From an uncultured Alphaproteobacteria bacterium (lineage in GTDB: Bacteria > Pseudomonadota > Alphaproteobacteria > RF32 > CAG-239), in NCBI GenBank assembly GCA_944391715.1, contig CALXUP010000001.1, positions 13,790 through 77,789 of the forward strand: a DNA stretch of 64,000 nt. The letters are read 5' to 3'. The notes under the pieces are model-generated. The model saw nothing but the letters and a program-made list of their open reading frames with translations. It was not told the origin of the DNA and did no database searches. This document shows positions 60,350-64,000 of the stretch, piece after piece. Made by a program: the position numbers and the translations under genes. Every line of letters starts with the position of its first letter. Position 1 is the stretch's first letter.

Positions 60350-61399
60350 GTGAATAAGGACGAGAAGAAAGAATCTGAGACGGAAAATGAAAAACAGCCG
60401 GTTAAGCAGGCGGAAAAAAGCCATTCTCCGGCAAAAGTTCTGGGGCTGATTTTGATTTTGGGCGCCGGGTGGTGGCTTTATAAGAATCCGCAGATTGTCG
60501 GACAGGGAAAAGCCTGGCTGCAAACGGCTTTTGAAAATTCTGAAAGCCAAACGGCCGAAGAAAAGCCCAGAGCTGTTTCCGGCATCAGTGTCGAAGATTT
60601 GCAAAAGCAGATTGTTATGTTGCAGACGGAGCTTTTTAACCTGAAAAATTCTATGCCGGCACCTCAGGAGCCGATTGATACCCGGAAACTTGACGAGCTT
60701 TATGATAAATTTGACGCCATTGAAAAGACCAATATGAATATTATTGATTCCAAAGCAGATGCGTCGGCCGTTCTGGGGATGATGTCAAGACTTGATACTT
60801 TGGAGAGAAAAGTCGGATATATCAGCAAAACAACCGATGAAAGCGCTTTGATTTTGACGGCGGCAATGTTGGTTAAAGATGCGGCCGGCAAAGGTGGAAA
60901 TTTTGTTTATGAGGCGGCGGTTTTGCAGCAGCTTGCGCAAGGTAACCCTCAGCTGGGTACTGCTTTGTCAGTGATTGAAAAATCCGCTCAGCGCGGTATT
61001 GTTACAAACGCCCGCCTTATCAACGAATTTGAAGATATTTATTTTGCCGTTGTGAAAAAGCAAAAAGATGCCGCTGCGCAGACCTGGAAAGACAGAATTT
61101 TGAGCAAATTGGGCGATTTTGTTAAGGTTCGCAAGGTTAATGAAGCAGAAAAAGAAGAGATAAAAATTTTGCAGAATCTGAAAGATATCAGAAATCTCGT
61201 TCAGGAAGAAAATTTTGCCCGGGCGGCCGAGGAACTGGCTTTGCCTGAAAATGCCGCTTTAACGGAAGATGAAGGCTTGCAGAAATGGTTGCGACAGGTT
61301 TCTTCAAAAATTGAGTTTGACCAGGCTGTCAGCAAAATAGCAACTTATTCTCTGGCGGTAATGAAAGTTAATATCATTAAAAGGGAGGCAATGGAGTGA
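60350..61399 (+). CDS. Mic60/mitofilin-like (COG4223) membrane protein
   Basis: Single N-terminal TM, coiled coil, C-terminal pattern G..F..E / WKDR..VKVR / WL; sits divergent from tsaD and before hemY-like gene. Confidence 0.65.
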   Translation: MNKDEKKESETENEKQPVKQAEKSHSPAKVLGLILILGAGWWLYKNPQIVGQGKAWLQTAFENSESQTAEEKPRAVSGISVEDLQKQIVMLQTELFNLKNSMPAPQEPIDTRKLDELYDKFDAIEKTNMNIIDSKADASAVLGMMSRLDTLERKVGYISKTTDESALILTAAMLVKDAAGKGGNFVYEAAVLQQLAQGNPQLGTALSVIEKSAQRGIVTNARLINEFEDIYFAVVKKQKDAAAQTWKDRILSKLGDFVKVRKVNEAEKEEIKILQNLKDIRNLVQEENFARAAEELALPENAALTEDEGLQKWLRQVSSKIEFDQAVSKIATYSLAVMKVNIIKREAME

Positions 61400-62829
61400 C
61401 CAGAAAAATATCTACTTTTATTTTCATCGGACTGATTTTTACTGTTATTGCCTGGATGCTGGACAAGTCGAGCGTCGTAACCGTGGATTGGCGCAATTAT
61501 CATGAAATTTTATCCGTGCCGGAGCTTATGCTTTTGGTGTTGGTTCTGGTTTTGGTCATTGATCTTTGCAACCGTTTTTGCCGCAAGATATTTAAATTGC
61601 AGGTTAAAGAGGCTTATAAGGCCTCTTATCTTGAAAATGAATTTAAGGAAAATGCGGCTATTGATGTTTTGGCAGATAAAATCAGTGAAAAAATCGTTAT
61701 AGAACGGAAAGATTTTGACAAGTCGCTGCTTTTGGTTCTCCGGGCGATGACGGCAATTACGGCCGGAGATATGGATGAGGCCCGTTTTCATTTGAAAAAT
61801 CTGAAAAAAGTTATCGGGAACGACCCGATTATTGATGTTTTGAAGATGAAAATTTATAAGGGCGAAAAAAATTATGACAAGATGGAAGAGCTTTCCGAAA
61901 AAATTATGAAAAACCACGATATCCGGATTATCGGTATGAAAGCTGCCATTGAAGCCCAGATGGAAAAGAAAGAGTTTAAAGAGGCTTTGGAAACGGCTAA
62001 CAGAGCTTTTGAACTGCGGCAGGATTTGTATTGGATTATTGAAAGCGCTTTTGAATTGCGGGCGCAGGTACGTGATTGGGAAGGCGCTTTGCAGGTGCTT
62101 GATTCCGGCAGGAAAAAGAAAATTATTCCTTTGGATAAATATAACAAGATGAAAGCCATTATTTTGTTTGAAAGAGCAAGGGATTTTCAAAGAGCCGGCG
62201 ATGAGGTTAAATTTTTTAAATTCTGTTCGCAGGCGGTCGAGGCTGACGATACATTGGTTCCGGCAGCGCTGGCATTGGCGGAATATTATAAAAATACCGA
62301 TAACCAGATACGCAAGGCGGCAGATGTTTTGCTGAAGGTTTGGAAGAAAAATCCGACGGACGATGTGGCTTATGCCTATTTGGATTTGCGCCATCAAAAT
62401 GATATGAATGCCAAAATCAGGGATATGGAAGAACTGGCAGCGAAAAATTTACGCCGGCCGTCTTTGAATAACCGCATTTTGGCAGAACTTTGCGCTCAGG
62501 CCGGACGTTGGACGCAGGCAAAAGAAGAGATGGAAATCTTTTTGATTAACAATCCCTGCACCAAGAAGATTTGTTCTCTGATCGCCGAATATGAAAATAT
62601 TTTCAGCCATAATAAAAGGGAAGCCAAATCTTGGAAAGACAAATATAAAGATTGTGCTGACGATGCAGCCTGGATATGTTCGGAATGCGGGGAAATTACG
62701 GAAAAATGGCATTCGGTTTGTCCGAAATGCAAGGCTTTTGGCGCCGACAGGTGGCATTTGTATGTGGAAAAGGAAAAACCTGTTGTTATGACGGTTGATG
62801 ACAGCCGTGATGATGAAGAGGAGGAGTAG
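61396..62829 (+). CDS. HemY-like TPR membrane protein
   Basis: Two N-terminal TM segments, AITAGD..A, TPRs, C-terminal WICSECG..CPKC. Confidence 0.75.
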   Translation: MTRKISTFIFIGLIFTVIAWMLDKSSVVTVDWRNYHEILSVPELMLLVLVLVLVIDLCNRFCRKIFKLQVKEAYKASYLENEFKENAAIDVLADKISEKIVIERKDFDKSLLLVLRAMTAITAGDMDEARFHLKNLKKVIGNDPIIDVLKMKIYKGEKNYDKMEELSEKIMKNHDIRIIGMKAAIEAQMEKKEFKEALETANRAFELRQDLYWIIESAFELRAQVRDWEGALQVLDSGRKKKIIPLDKYNKMKAIILFERARDFQRAGDEVKFFKFCSQAVEADDTLVPAALALAEYYKNTDNQIRKAADVLLKVWKKNPTDDVAYAYLDLRHQNDMNAKIRDMEELAAKNLRRPSLNNRILAELCAQAGRWTQAKEEMEIFLINNPCTKKICSLIAEYENIFSHNKREAKSWKDKYKDCADDAAWICSECGEITEKWHSVCPKCKAFGADRWHLYVEKEKPVVMTVDDSRDDEEEE

Positions 62830-62834
62830 TCCGG

Positions 62835-64000
62835 ATGGATAATTTGCAGCTTAGAGAAATATGGGCAAAGAAATATGCCGATGTTGACAGAACTCTGGTC
62901 AGAATGAAAGAGGTTAAGGCTGCGGCAACGGCTTTTAACGCCAATATTGACGCTGTTGTTAAAATCAGCGGAAAAAGGCTTGGAGAACTGGTTGAGAAAA
63001 ACGGTTTAAGCTGGGAAGACTTAAATGATGCCGGCGAGTTGAAACTGCGTAAGGGGACAGATGTTCTTCGGGGTGTGTTCAAGTGCTTTTCCCGCGGTAT
63101 TGCCGAAGAATGGCTGACTGAAGACAAAGCCGTTTATGACTGGATGGTTGAGAATATCGGCTATGATCGTTTGCAGATGGGCGGACAAGGCGGTATTGTT
63201 GCCAATGCGCTGGCGGCGGCCGGTGTTTCCAAGGTTTATGCTCATACCAATTCTTTGCCGAAACTACAGGCCGGGCAATTTTTGAAATTGAAGAATCTGG
63301 TTTCTTTTGATGAAAACGGCAAGGAAAAACAAGCTTGTCTGATTGACCGGAAGAAAGATGTGCCGTTGATTCACTGGATTTTGGAATTTGACAAAGGCGA
63401 TAAGCTGATTATCGACGGGCATGAGGTTGTTTGTCCGAAATCCAACCGTTTTATTGCTACTTATGATCCGTTAAACCTGAATTTGGTGAAAGATAACGCA
63501 TTTGTCAGATTTTCTGAGACGCATCCGATAGATTATATTATCCTTTCGGGTTTTCATGCTCTGACGTCCAATAACCGCGGCTGTGAACTGATAGAAGGTG
63601 TTTTGCCGCTGGTTAAATCTTGGAAAAAGCTGAATCCGCAGGGAATTGTGCATTTGGAGATTGCCTCAACGCAGGATATTGCCGTCAGGAGCGATATTGT
63701 CAACAAAATTGCGCCTTTGGTTGATTCAATCGGGTTGAATGAGCGGGAAACAATTGATGCGCTTCAGGTTATCGGAGAAGAGAAATTTGCGGCCGAATGT
63801 GAGGCGAATACTGACAGCGCTCATATGTTGGAAGCGATTTACCGGATAAAGAAAAAGACCGGCTGTCCGCGGGTTCAATTGCATATGTTCGGATTGTATA
63901 TGACTTTGCAGGACAAGGAATTCCGAATTAAGCCGCAGGAAAATCTGCGCGGTATGTGTCTGGCAGCTGTAGCTGCGGCCGGAAAGGCCAGTCTGGGCAA
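62835..64000 (+). CDS. ADP-dependent glucokinase/phosphofructokinase family protein (3' end beyond window)
   Basis: Manually translated: AFNANIDAV, QMGGQGGIVAN, NRFI, ILSGFH, HLEIAS, DSIGLNERE; not in ORF track because it lacks a stop. Confidence 0.85.
   Translation, partial: MDNLQLREIWAKKYADVDRTLVRMKEVKAAATAFNANIDAVVKISGKRLGELVEKNGLSWEDLNDAGELKLRKGTDVLRGVFKCFSRGIAEEWLTEDKAVYDWMVENIGYDRLQMGGQGGIVANALAAAGVSKVYAHTNSLPKLQAGQFLKLKNLVSFDENGKEKQACLIDRKKDVPLIHWILEFDKGDKLIIDGHEVVCPKSNRFIATYDPLNLNLVKDNAFVRFSETHPIDYIILSGFHALTSNNRGCELIEGVLPLVKSWKKLNPQGIVHLEIASTQDIAVRSDIVNKIAPLVDSIGLNERETIDALQVIGEEKFAAECEANTDSAHMLEAIYRIKKKTGCPRVQLHMFGLYMTLQDKEFRIKPQENLRGMCLAAVAAAGKASLG

Overview
Origin-proximal chromosome segment of an alphaproteobacterium. 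This is inferred from gene order (gpmI-envC-ctpA-rppH, mlaEF-radA-cvpA, rho-mnmE-mnmG-rsmG-parA-parB, coaE-dnaQ/secB/Tim44-mltA-smr, tsaD/mic60-hemY-like); a gene-reduced, probably anaerobic gut lineage such as RF32 is plausible but unproven. Most of the window is housekeeping genes, plus SRP RNA, a likely oriC (52385-52857; DnaA boxes, three tandem CtrA-type boxes, GANTC sites) and three parS sites inside genes. The most unusual content is three related non-coding islands (about 2790-3460, 26765-27773, 47483-48880) built from the same shuffled modules: (1) a promoter, a C4/P4-CI-like structured RNA with compensatory changes, a terminator, an RBS and a small ORF starting MGKFYYHT; (2) CGTC-type REP palindromes, two of them split at the same loop position by a 104/174-bp structured mini-element without terminal repeats; (3) a pseudoknot plus long-hairpin unit with extensive covariation. 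Also notable: three A8-A9 slippery tracts in dnaX, an HD-HD-HD-murA-like-PHP block between mnmG and rsmG, an archaeal-type ADP-dependent sugar kinase, heme genes missing from two conserved loci while mic60 is kept, and a 47-aa secreted peptide missed by the ORF track. No CRISPR array, tRNA, rRNA, transposase or integrase was seen. All calls come from manual motif reading; no searches were run.
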